A stretch of 62,471 nt of DNA, filler included. It is 7 parts of 7 records of this genome, joined end to end, with 100 filler letters (N's around TTAATTAATTAA, not from the genome) between each part and the next. Parts side by side here need not be neighbours in the genome. Positions count along the whole stretch, not along the records: positions 38,068 to 62,471 come from SRR20825010_2789; 6 more parts are not named here. The stretch is one strand, 5' to 3'. Below the pieces are notes generated by a model. The model had not been told where the DNA came from and made no database searches. It worked only from the letters and a program-made list of their open reading frames with translations. Made by a program: the position numbers and the translations under genes. Below are positions 51,301-60,100 of the stretch, one piece after another. Position 1 is the first letter of the stretch. Every line of letters starts with the position of its first letter.

Positions 51301-51451
51301 TTGTAGTACCCTCAAGTACCACACTTGCTCCAGGCAAGGGTTGCCCTTGTTCATCGGTTACCGTTCCCGAAACCGTTATATTGTTTTGGGCCAAAACGAC
51401 GACCTGAAACAATAAAAATGACATTAGCAAAAGTTTGCTTTTAATTTTCAT
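48392..51451 (-). CDS. SusC/RagA TonB-dependent transporter
   Basis: TDFDGNY, EVVVVGYG, LKDASAAAIYGVRAANGV, RADGTSK; C-terminal YPIPGVYTLGVNIKI. Confidence 0.95.
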   Translation of the reverse strand: MKIKSKLLLMSFLLFQVVVLAQNNITVSGTVTDEQGQPLPGASVVLEGTTTGIQTDFDGNYTLDNVPGDGSLVFSYVGFTSQTIPINNRTTINLTMQEDTQSLDEVVVVGYGTQKKADLTGSIATVKSEDIARTPSGAAMQALQGKVAGLQVVSSGAPGTGPTIRVRGIGSYVGGASNPLYVVDGTFFDDIDFLNTEDIESISVLKDASAAAIYGVRAANGVVLIETKSGRPNQKPQITYSGYQGVQVAQNLVKLSNSEQFVNLARESGSAAEAQYIENAIQRYGRSRINPNVPNVNTDWYDLILRHALQQNHSFGVAGGSENITYSVGLNYFEQEGILKMKNDYERFNIRSKLNFDVSDRLSVGVSTLFSNATRFRPEDTAFALAYFAVPVMPVLDPSKTEAYPRPYANAQDLGYRGTQNPFPIMENTQNRNKTRNTLMTIDLSYELVPDKLTFKTAYYHNYETLEVREVRLPYFFGNGDAFRENAELIKRTENFSEQTWDNTLTYNDSFGKHNLTVLAGTAFRDRSFELLEVKGLNFPNGPGIGDESYYLDLADTIDTSVDNDRVRVTGDDGAREYFFSYFGRIAYNFDDRYLLYGTVRADGTSKYQEKWGYFPTIGAGWVISEESFFPETNAINFLKFRGSWGELGNANVASSSGGITSEEVVAAFGDTPYPGQVTSSDFEALKWEVTAETNVGITARMFNNQLSMEADYFRRDTRDAVIPVSRLLVPGTTRQNVGKIRNTGFEVVLNWNKKVSDNFSYNIGANFSTLKNEVLDLKGQENLTSGGDVAQRTVVGGTINPFFGLEVAGVYQTPEEIQNDPAAQTAIANGLTVEPGDFRFVDHNGDMMIDAQDRVDLGSYIPTYTFGFNLGLNYKAWDFSLNVIGQGGNVIANQKRFAIRQTPDPNIDRDFAVNRWTSAGSTNSYPSARGIRNPWSNQFLNSFFVEKGDFVRLQNVTLGYTLPELTGKFSPQIRFYVTAERPLTLFNYNGFTPEVQDGRDNQTYPIPGVYTLGVNIKI

Positions 51452-51521
51452 AATTGTGCAAAAATAGAGTTAGATTTTTACTAAATTAATAAAGAGTGTG
51501 TCGATGGCAGGCTGATTGGAA

Positions 51522-51641
51522 TACATAATAAATACATCATTTTTAAAATGCTTTGAAAGCCTTGTTTCACAGCGTTTGCAGTATACTCTCTTTATTTTGA
51601 TGTAAAAAAAATTAACATAGTGATGTAGTCTTGATGTAGTC
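51522..51641. promoter_or_regulatory. TGATGTA/TACATCA repeat array upstream of susC
   Basis: TGATGTAGTC at 51621 and 51632, TGATGTA at 51598, inverted TACATCA at 51533 and TACATAA at 51522. Confidence 0.6.
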
Positions 51642-51686
51642 AAAAAAACTGCGCCAACCACTTTTAAAACTCTTATATTACAGGTT

Positions 51687-54461
51687 TTAAAAAGTGATGA
51701 GAAAGTTGGAAAGATTATCCGAACTATCCATATCGAGCTTTTTTCGGAGACGGTATCGATGTATTTCCACCCCTCTAACGGTTATCCCCATCAACGGTGC
51801 GATTTCCTTTGTAGAAAGATTCATTTTTAGGTAAGCACATAGCTTTAGATCTTTTGGGGTCAAAGACGGGTAGGATTTCAACAATCGCTCAAAGAAATCT
51901 TGGTGCAATTCCTTGAAATTTACTTCAAAACGTCTCCAATCCTCGGTATCTTCTATGGAACTGTTCAGCTTTTTTATAAATGTTCGGTATCGCTGTGAAT
52001 TGGAGAACTTATCCTTGTTCATGATCAGCATATTCTTCAACTCCAAGATCATTTCGTTTTTTCGGGCAATGTTCAAGGTTGTACTGGCCAGTTCGTTCTG
52101 TTTTTGTTTTACCTCCTTGGCCAATTCCTCCTTCTCCATCTTGTCCATGCGCTCTTGCTGTTCGTGATGTAATCGCTCCTCCAGTTCCCTATGTTTTCTT
52201 TCCAATTTCTTCCGGTTGTACCTTCTTACCAAGTAAATGGCCAAAAATCCTAAAGCAGCATAGAAGAACAGACTCCACCAAGAAAAGTACCACGGTGGTG
52301 ATATGGTAAAATTAAGCTGTTTAAGTTCAGAAGTGGTGGTGTCCATGCCCGCCGTGGCAATCTTGAAGGTGTATTCCCCATAGGGCAGGTTTTGAAAATT
52401 GATGGCACCGCCTTCCACATATTGGGAGTATTCTTTGGGCCCTTCCAATTTGTAATAGTAATGTGGGTATATGTACTCGGGCGAAGCCACTTCGATGGTT
52501 ATGGACTGTGCGTATCGAAATGGCACTTCAATATTATCATCCATTACGGAATGCTTGCTTTCTTGATCTTTAAAAACGATAAAGCTTGGGGTCGGAAGCT
52601 TTTCTTGTTTAGAAATTTCCTTTACATTGATCTTGGCAAATCCATCTATAAGGGTGATGTAAGAGGTGCTATCGTTTACCTTGACCAAGTTTTGAGAGTC
52701 CGGTGCCAAACGTTCCCGTAATGGCAGATCGGTAAGCATTAAACTGTCTCCCTTCAGGTCGGTATATATAATGGCCTTTTGTTCATCATCATCCACGAAC
52801 CAAAAATATTCTTCATCAAAAAACAACAACTCCTTGTTCTTATAATGCTTGAATTCCTCAAACCTTTCAATTTTATCACCAATAGGATTGTAGGTAAACC
52901 AATTGCCCTCGCTATTGAGCACAATATGATTTTTGATGTTGTACAACTTTGCATTGTACTCGCTGGGCGCATCTTTTTGCTTGAATTTTTGGACTTTGTC
53001 AATCTTGTTGTACTCAGCCCCTTTAAAATGAATTCTTGAAAAACCCTTGTACGGATGTGCCGTCCAGAGAATATTGGGTGTTTCAAAACACAACTGTTTC
53101 ACGGGCTCATCTACACCTTCAATCTTGACTACGCTCCACGTTCCATCTTCAAGTTTGGTGAATTTGGCAAGTCCATTGTATGTACCTTGAACATAGGTAG
53201 ATTTCTTGTCCGGCACTTTAATCATCTGATAACCACCGGCAACCTCACTGATGAGCTCAAAACTGTTTTTGGACACTTTAAAGGTTCCCCGGGTATGCCC
53301 ACAGAGCAAATCCCCCTCGATCACTTCCAAATCCCATACATGACCCTGTGAGCCGTTCACGAACTTAAGCTGGCTGCCATCAAAATAAAAAACTCCTGTG
53401 TTGCTTCCCAGAAATAATGTACCATTATACCAAGCAATATCGTAGACCATTCCCAGCGAACCGGTATAATCCGTAAAGTATGTTATGGGATTGTTCAGCT
53501 TCGCCCTCGCCATTCCATTGTCCAGTCCCAGCCAGAGTAGATCCTTATACAATAATGAGGAAAGCACTGTATTGTTCTGAAGCCCGGATTCCCGATTTAA
53601 AACATTGTACTTACCCGATTCGGAATTATACAGGTACATTCCATTTTTAATGGTTCCAAAGCCCAAGAGGTTTTCTCCCAAAAGGGTTATTTTGTTTAAT
53701 TGGTGTTCCTTGAGGTCATCGTTGATAGATGCCTGCCATGGAGTCAACTGTTTCCCATCATATAAAAAACACCCACTTAGTTTGGTGCCTATCAGTAAAT
53801 TTCCTCCAAAAATAGCTATGTCATTAATGGTTTTCCCTGTCAATATATCATGGCCCGGTAAAGGGAGATAGGTATCTCCTTGGATTTCAAAAAGTCCAAC
53901 AAATCCTCCAGCGACTATCAATTTACCGTTGAACTCGATAAGGTCCGAGACCACAAAGGGCGGGTCTATAACCGTAATCTTATCATCTGCATAACAATAA
54001 ATGGCCGAAAAGGAACGGAACATGACCTTACCGTCCGATGATTGAAAAATTTCCCAGAATTCTTCATTTGTAAACGTATGATTTTTGATAAGGTGAGTCA
54101 ATGAGGTATAGGCCAGTTCACCAAACTCGTTTTTGGTCCAATAACCAAATTCTTCATAAGATCCGGTATAAACCTTATCGCCAATGCTTTTCACAGACCT
54201 TATGATCGTATTGTTGGGTAGTTTGTTCAACGTCCATTGTTCACCATTATAATGCAACAGACCTTTGTTGTTCGCCACAAACAACTCTCCATTTTCATTG
54301 ATAGAAACATCCCAGTTTTTGGTGCCTCCCTTATAATCCAACAATTGATAATTTTGGATGGGCGGTAACAACTGTTGCCCGTTGACCGATAAACAGACAA
54401 CTAAAAACAAAATGGATTTCATCCTAAGTAACACTGGCATTCTCGTTGATTTATCGGTCAA
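51687..54461 (-). CDS. Membrane-spanning one-component PUL regulator (beta-propeller, Y_Y_Y, TM, LuxR-type HTH)
   Basis: Propeller repeats, NLPYGEYTF, PPWY plus TM, coiled coil, LCAYLKMNLSTKEIA...VEIHRYRLRKKL; exact start uncertain. Confidence 0.88.
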   Translation of the reverse strand: MTDKSTRMPVLLRMKSILFLVVCLSVNGQQLLPPIQNYQLLDYKGGTKNWDVSINENGELFVANNKGLLHYNGEQWTLNKLPNNTIIRSVKSIGDKVYTGSYEEFGYWTKNEFGELAYTSLTHLIKNHTFTNEEFWEIFQSSDGKVMFRSFSAIYCYADDKITVIDPPFVVSDLIEFNGKLIVAGGFVGLFEIQGDTYLPLPGHDILTGKTINDIAIFGGNLLIGTKLSGCFLYDGKQLTPWQASINDDLKEHQLNKITLLGENLLGFGTIKNGMYLYNSESGKYNVLNRESGLQNNTVLSSLLYKDLLWLGLDNGMARAKLNNPITYFTDYTGSLGMVYDIAWYNGTLFLGSNTGVFYFDGSQLKFVNGSQGHVWDLEVIEGDLLCGHTRGTFKVSKNSFELISEVAGGYQMIKVPDKKSTYVQGTYNGLAKFTKLEDGTWSVVKIEGVDEPVKQLCFETPNILWTAHPYKGFSRIHFKGAEYNKIDKVQKFKQKDAPSEYNAKLYNIKNHIVLNSEGNWFTYNPIGDKIERFEEFKHYKNKELLFFDEEYFWFVDDDEQKAIIYTDLKGDSLMLTDLPLRERLAPDSQNLVKVNDSTSYITLIDGFAKINVKEISKQEKLPTPSFIVFKDQESKHSVMDDNIEVPFRYAQSITIEVASPEYIYPHYYYKLEGPKEYSQYVEGGAINFQNLPYGEYTFKIATAGMDTTTSELKQLNFTISPPWYFSWWSLFFYAALGFLAIYLVRRYNRKKLERKHRELEERLHHEQQERMDKMEKEELAKEVKQKQNELASTTLNIARKNEMILELKNMLIMNKDKFSNSQRYRTFIKKLNSSIEDTEDWRRFEVNFKELHQDFFERLLKSYPSLTPKDLKLCAYLKMNLSTKEIAPLMGITVRGVEIHRYRLRKKLDMDSSDNLSNFLITF

Positions 54462-54534
54462 AGATCTTTCTAAACCATGAATTTACAAAACTGCCTTTGG
54501 AAATAGAGCGTTACCTTATGCACATGCATGAAAA

Positions 54535-55143
54535 TTATAATTCGATTGTCCTAAATGTCAAATTGATTCTGGGAGTACGCACTTTCTTTGTTGGCGGTAA
54601 ACGGTGTAGCCAATGTGTTTGTGTCTCACCCTTCATTACCAATAAGCTACCATGACCCAGCCATAATTCCACCTTTTCTTTGGTGCTTTTATGTTTGAAG
54701 ACAAATTTACGTTCCACTCCAAAACTCAACGAGGCTATGGCTCCCTCTTGTTTTAATTCCTTTTCATTGTCGGAATGCCAGCCCATACCTTCTTCACCCG
54801 AATGGTACACATTGAGCAAACATGAATTATAGGTTTCCATGGAAAGGCTCTCCGTCAATTTTTTAAGTTCCATTAACTCGGGAGTCCAAAACAATGCCCT
54901 CTTTGTGCTGTTGGAATAAGTGTACTCAAAAGGTTTATCACCAAACCAAGCCACTTTTCTCTTGGTTACTATGCGCTTGCCGAACATATGTACCACATCG
55001 TGTTCCCAAGGAATGGTATTGAGCAGTTGTTCGAAGTAAAAATCAGCTTTTTCCAGTGCTACAATAGGTCCGAAATAATTCACGGTGCCGTCCTTGGGCA
55101 GTATATTCTGATTCGGGTCTATCTGATTCCTGAATAAATCCAT
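54535..55143 (-). CDS. AlkB-family 2OG-Fe(II) dioxygenase (ALKBH2/3-like)
   Basis: NSCLLNVY, MGWHSD (HxD), IASLSFG, WLHRLP, RINLTFR. Confidence 0.9.
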   Translation of the reverse strand: MDLFRNQIDPNQNILPKDGTVNYFGPIVALEKADFYFEQLLNTIPWEHDVVHMFGKRIVTKRKVAWFGDKPFEYTYSNSTKRALFWTPELMELKKLTESLSMETYNSCLLNVYHSGEEGMGWHSDNEKELKQEGAIASLSFGVERKFVFKHKSTKEKVELWLGHGSLLVMKGETQTHWLHRLPPTKKVRTPRINLTFRTIEL

Positions 55144-55161
55144 CTTCTGTCCTTTGCATTT

Positions 55162-56190
55162 TTAACGGGAAAGCCTTTTTTGACTTTTCTCCAATATTTC
55201 GGCAACCCGCTCCCTTAGCACTTCCGGCTCAATAATTTTGGCATAGTCACCAAACATAAGGTACCAGCGGGAAAAACCATTTTTCCAATCGGTCGTCATA
55301 AAAGTCATTTCAACTTGGTCTCCCTTTTCTTCGCTGGCAACCAAGCCATAATGCTTGGTTTGACCTCTTATATACTTGGCCACGGACTTCTCCACCAATA
55401 TTTTTACCTTGGTTTTGGAAACTTCCTCTTTTTTTTTCCTGTGCTCATCAATGGTGCCGTGTTCCAATAAGAAATCAAGCGAAGTCCTTGCTATTTTATG
55501 GATTCTATCCGTTCTAAAATGGCGATAATCGGTCCTCAGATGACAATAACCCAAAATGTACCAAAATCCATTTTCGTTAAAAAGTCCAACAGGCTCTATG
55601 TGTCTCTCTAAGGGTGCCTCTTCCCGTAACGATTCATATCTCAAAAACACTTGTTTCCGCTCTGCAATGCTTTCGAACAAAATTTCAAGGGCATTGGGCA
55701 CCTTATCATTGAACAAAACTTGCCCTGGCACTATGGAAACTTGGGATTCCAATGCTTCCACCCAATCCTTTTCCTTGCCCCGAAGAACCGATTTCAACTT
55801 GAACATTGCAGATTCGTAGTAAGCACCAAGGGACTTATCCGTAAATTGTTGCATCAATTTTTCCGCTGCCACAAAGCTCCCCGCCTCTTCGCGTGTAAAC
55901 ATGACCGGGGGCAATCGATACCCCTCCATAATGGAATATCCAACACCTGCCTCGCTAATAATGGGGACTCCAGAGGCTTCCAAAGTTCTCACGTCCCGGT
56001 AAATGGTACGCAAGCTTACCTCAAAGCGGTCCGCAAGTTCCTGTGCCTTTACAATCCGTTTGGTCTGCAACTGTATTAAAATAGCAACTATCCTATCAAA
56101 ACGTTTTACGGTGTCCATTCCCATAATTGCGTGAGCTATCTCCCAAAGATAGGATTTCAATCCGTGGATGGAAGATGTTTTCCTGCTCAT
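55162..56190 (-). CDS. YafY-like HTH-WYL-WCX transcriptional regulator
   Basis: AQELADRFEVSLRTIYRDV HTH; WYILGYCHLRTDYRHFRTDRI WYL motif; start may be 56190, 56124 or 56118. Confidence 0.92.
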   Translation of the reverse strand: MSRKTSSIHGLKSYLWEIAHAIMGMDTVKRFDRIVAILIQLQTKRIVKAQELADRFEVSLRTIYRDVRTLEASGVPIISEAGVGYSIMEGYRLPPVMFTREEAGSFVAAEKLMQQFTDKSLGAYYESAMFKLKSVLRGKEKDWVEALESQVSIVPGQVLFNDKVPNALEILFESIAERKQVFLRYESLREEAPLERHIEPVGLFNENGFWYILGYCHLRTDYRHFRTDRIHKIARTSLDFLLEHGTIDEHRKKKEEVSKTKVKILVEKSVAKYIRGQTKHYGLVASEEKGDQVEMTFMTTDWKNGFSRWYLMFGDYAKIIEPEVLRERVAEILEKSQKRLSR

Positions 56191-56219
56191 ATTATATCAT
56201 TTATACGCATTGTCTCCAT

Positions 56220-56254
56220 CAAAATTATTTGGAACATATGACAGCAGCTTGTCA
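56220..56254 (-). promoter_or_regulatory. Palindrome plus Bacteroidetes -7 element facing the WYL-alkB genes
   Basis: Minus strand TGACA-AGCTGC-TGTCA-N11-TAATTTTG. Confidence 0.75.
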
Positions 56255-56286
56255 ACAGTATTTTTTTTGAATTCAATTTTTACTAC

Positions 56287-56321
56287 TGACACGGGGCTGT
56301 CACACACCCCTCCTAATTTTG
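56287..56321 (+). promoter_or_regulatory. Palindrome plus Bacteroidetes -7 element facing the DinB-family gene
   Basis: TGACA-CGGGGC-TGTCA-N11-TAATTTTG. Confidence 0.75.
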
Positions 56322-56356
56322 TTTTCAGAAACAATAAACCTTTAAATCACAATCAA

Positions 56357-56854
56357 ATGGAAAACACCATTAATGAACAGACAACGACCCAAGTAATGAC
56401 ACCTGAACAGTTTTTGGAACAATACCAAGGACACAGAAGACTTACCCGAAGGGTTATCGAGGCCTTTCCTGAAAAAGAGTTTTTTAATTACAGTATTGGA
56501 GGGATGCGTCCTTTTGCTGAAATGACCAAAGAACTTTTTGCCATTGCAGTTCCAGGACTTACTGAAATCGTATCAGGAAAAACCGTTGAATTTGACGAAC
56601 ATCGTGACTACGGTAGCACCAAGGCCGATTTTTTAAAAAAATGGGACCAGGATACCGAAGAAATCAATAAACTTTGGAGCCAAATTAGCCTCGAGAGATT
56701 TCAAGAGGAGATAAAACTTTTTGGGCAGTATGAGGGTACCGTCTTATCCAGTATACAGTATTTTGTGGATAACGAGATTCACCACCGTGCCCAAGGTTAT
56801 GTTTACCTGCGTGCCCTTGATATTGAACCTCCATTTTTTTACGACCGAAGCTAA
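56357..56854 (+). CDS. DinB/YfiT-superfamily four-helix-bundle protein (not Pol IV)
   Basis: GHRRLTRRVIEAFP, GGMRPF, DNEIHHRAQGYVYLRAL..EPP. Confidence 0.88.
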   Translation: MENTINEQTTTQVMTPEQFLEQYQGHRRLTRRVIEAFPEKEFFNYSIGGMRPFAEMTKELFAIAVPGLTEIVSGKTVEFDEHRDYGSTKADFLKKWDQDTEEINKLWSQISLERFQEEIKLFGQYEGTVLSSIQYFVDNEIHHRAQGYVYLRALDIEPPFFYDRS

Positions 56855-56857
56855 GTT

Positions 56858-57076
56858 ATGATGACCGTCCATGTTTTTAAGACATCCGTAAAACGAAAAG
56901 GAGAAGTGAAACAGCTTCGTCCTTGGCTGAACAGGCTGGTCGATACTAATGGTTGCTGGAATTTTGACCTCGAAGATTGTGACAACATACTCAGGGTCGA
57001 AACCAAGAACCTGAAGGCTACAATAATTTCCACGCTCTTACAGAACAATGGTTTTCATTGTGAAGAATTGCACTGA
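56858..57076 (+). CDS. Small ferredoxin/HMA-like fold protein (72 aa)
   Basis: VFKTSV...WNFDLEDCDNILRVE...GFHCEEL; starts 3 nt after the DinB-family stop. Confidence 0.75.
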   Translation: MMTVHVFKTSVKRKGEVKQLRPWLNRLVDTNGCWNFDLEDCDNILRVETKNLKATIISTLLQNNGFHCEELH

Positions 57077-57087
57077 GCAGTAAAACA

Positions 57088-57115
57088 AAAAGCCCCTTTT
57101 TAAAAAGGGGCTTTT
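57088..57115. terminator. Bidirectional intrinsic terminator
   Basis: AAAAGCCCCTTTTT/AAAAAGGGGCTTTT perfect palindrome between convergent genes. Confidence 0.85.
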
Positions 57116-57118
57116 AAA

Positions 57119-60100
57119 TTATAGATTAACTTTTCCCTTAAGTTCGTTGAATTGGGCCAGCAATTCTTGATAACGGTCTTTTTCCTCTTGTCCAGGTTCT
57201 TTGTCCGCACTACTTAAAATATAATATAGATACGAAATTTGAGCTACCATAACCACTTCGGGATAGGCTCCTTCATCGTTTTTTAGCTCCTTTAAAACAT
57301 CTTTATAGGGCTGAAGCTGGGCTTCGCTCGCATTTGACTTTTCCAACTCCTTAATCTTCTTTTCGACCTTATCCTGAAATTTTCGAGTTTCCGACAACAA
57401 ATCAATTACCTTAAACTGAAGTTCCTGTTGCTCCTTCATGTTGGCCAAAGAAATTCCGTCTTCTTCAAGCTTCGGGTCCATGAGCACTTCAAAACTTTTC
57501 TCGAGTGATTGCTCCCCTACGGTGAGTTTCGCGGTATACGTGCCGGGCAATACCATAGGACCATTTCCAAATCTCCTTCTTTTATTTTGGTCCCATGCTC
57601 CTTTTTGTTGCATGTTCCACTCAAAACGATTGAGTCCCTTTTTAGCTTCCAATTTCTCGTTCATATAAACAAAAGTCATGCTAAGGCTCATGTCCTCGAC
57701 CAGCTCCGTAGCGGCCTTCAATTTTGTGGAATCGCTTACAATAGTCGAAACTTCTTTTCCTTGAGCATCCAAAATCTGTAGACTGATTCCTTCCTCTATA
57801 TCCGATGGTAGGTAGTAATCAATAATTACGCTGGTAGATGGGTATTGTGGAAAGTCTCCACCGCCCCACGGAGTCTGGTACCTGTATGTATCATCAGGTT
57901 TAAACAAAACCGGAGTCTCTCCCAATTGTGTAATGTTTTCATCGGTTAAGGTGGTAACTTTATCCAGAATCCAAAAGCCACGTCCCATAGTACTTAAAAT
58001 CAAATCTCCACGGAACAAAATGATATCGGTAATCGGTGTCACGGGCAGATTTTGTTGGAATTTTTTCCATGACCCGCCATCATCAAAAGAAACAAACATT
58101 CCGTACTCGGTACCGGCATACAAAAGCCCCTTGCGTAAGGGGTCCTCTCGCAATACCCTTGCCGTATGGTCGGATGGTATCCCGTTGGATTCGGTACTGA
58201 TCAGCTCCCAGCTTTCGCCATAATTATCGGTTTTGTAGAAGTAAGGCGTGGTATCTCCCAATAAATGGCGATCTACAGCGATGTAGGCAGTTGCCGGGTC
58301 AAACTGTGATGGTTCCACGGACTCTACCCTACCGCCCTTTGGTAATTTTTTAGGTGTAACGTTCTTCCAAGTGGAACCACCATCTTTCGTGACCGAAATG
58401 ACACCATCGTTGGACCCTGTCCATATCACACCTTTGCTTATCTTGGATTCCCTGATGGAATATAGCGTACTGTAATATTCTTCACCGGTAATGTCCCTTG
58501 TTATGGGGTTACCAGAAATCACTTGTTTATCAGGGTCGTTCTCCGTTAGGTCTGGAGATATGATTTCCCAGTTTTTACCTCCATCATTTGTTTTATGTAG
58601 AAATTGGGAGCCCATGTACACCACTTCAGGGTCGAATGGGGAAACATGGATAGGCGCCACACGTTGGAACCTATACTTTAAATCTTTAGGGTTATGCCCG
58701 TAAATGTTGGATGCCCCGATGGAATATTCACGGCTTTGCCCTGTTTTTTTACTGTACACGCTAAAGCGTCCCTTACAGTTGTTGTAAACGATATAATGAT
58801 TGCCCGGCATTGGGATTACTGGCCCGGTTTCACATCCTCCAACATCCATCATTATACTTCCATTGGCAGGGGAAGTTGCTGTGGGCGCCATACTTGGGAT
58901 GGCTATCGTTGTGTTATCCTGCTGTGCGCCATACACCCAGTAAGGGTATTGATCATCCACCGCTACTTGATAAATCTCGGCCGTAGGCTGGTTGTATTGG
59001 GTAGACCATGTTTTTCCTCCGTTGTGGGATATATTTGCCCCACCATCGTTACATTGAACCAACAGGTCTGGGTTATCCGGATTGAGCCAAATATCATGGT
59101 TGTCTCCATGGGGAACACTCATACGCCTCCAAGATTTACCGCCATCGGTGGATTTTATCAAAGGATTGGCATTGGAATACACAATATCTGGATTGGTAGG
59201 GTCCAGCTCAATATTGGTGTAATAAAAAGGTCGGTTGACCAGTCTTTCATCATCCGAAACATGTTCAAAGGATTTACCTTGGTCTACGGATTTGTACAAT
59301 CCCGTATCTTCATTCGGTGCTTCAACAACCGCATAAAGTATTCTGGAGTCCGATGGAGAAACGGCTAAATCAATCTTTCCAATCAATCCCGTTGGAAGTC
59401 CTTCCTCCAATTTCTCCCAATTTTTTCCGCCATTAACGGATTTATAAATTCCACCTTCACTGTTCTCCCCACCTGAATCAATGGTCCAAGGGGTACGTCT
59501 TGCTTTCCAGGCAGCGGCATAGACGACATTCGGGTTTCCGGGAAGCAGTTCCAAATCGGCAAAACCTGTCTCTTCTGAAACGAACAAAACCTTTTCCCAA
59601 GTTTCGCCGCCATCCGTAGTTTTAAATATTCCTCTTTCTTTATTTGATTTGAATGCGTTTCCAATGGCGGCTACCCACACAATATTGCTATTGGTCGGGT
59701 CTATTTCCACGGCACCAATTTGGCCCGCATTTTCCAGCCCGATGTGTTCCCACGTTTTTCCGGCATCAATGGATTTGTACATTCCCTTTCCTTCAATGAT
59801 GTTGCTACGGATACCATCGGATCCTGTACCCACATAAATAATATTGGGGTCGTTGGCGGCCACTTCAATAGCTCCAATAGAAGGCGTTTTGAAAAATCCA
59901 TCGGAAATATTGTGCCAACTGGTTCCGTAGTCCTCGGTTTTCCAGACACCGGCACCGGTAGCTCCAAAATAAAAAGTACCCGGCAACATGGCTGTTCCGG
60001 TAACTGTGGTTACCCTACCTCCCCTAGCGGGACCTATGGTACGGTATTCCAAGGCTTCAAAATCTTGTGCAAAGGTGGCACAACTCAATAAAAATGTAAA

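Noticed and set aside
56357-56854. DinB as DNA polymerase IV
   Set aside because: Only 165 aa with four-helix-bundle DinB/YfiT motifs and no Y-family polymerase motifs.
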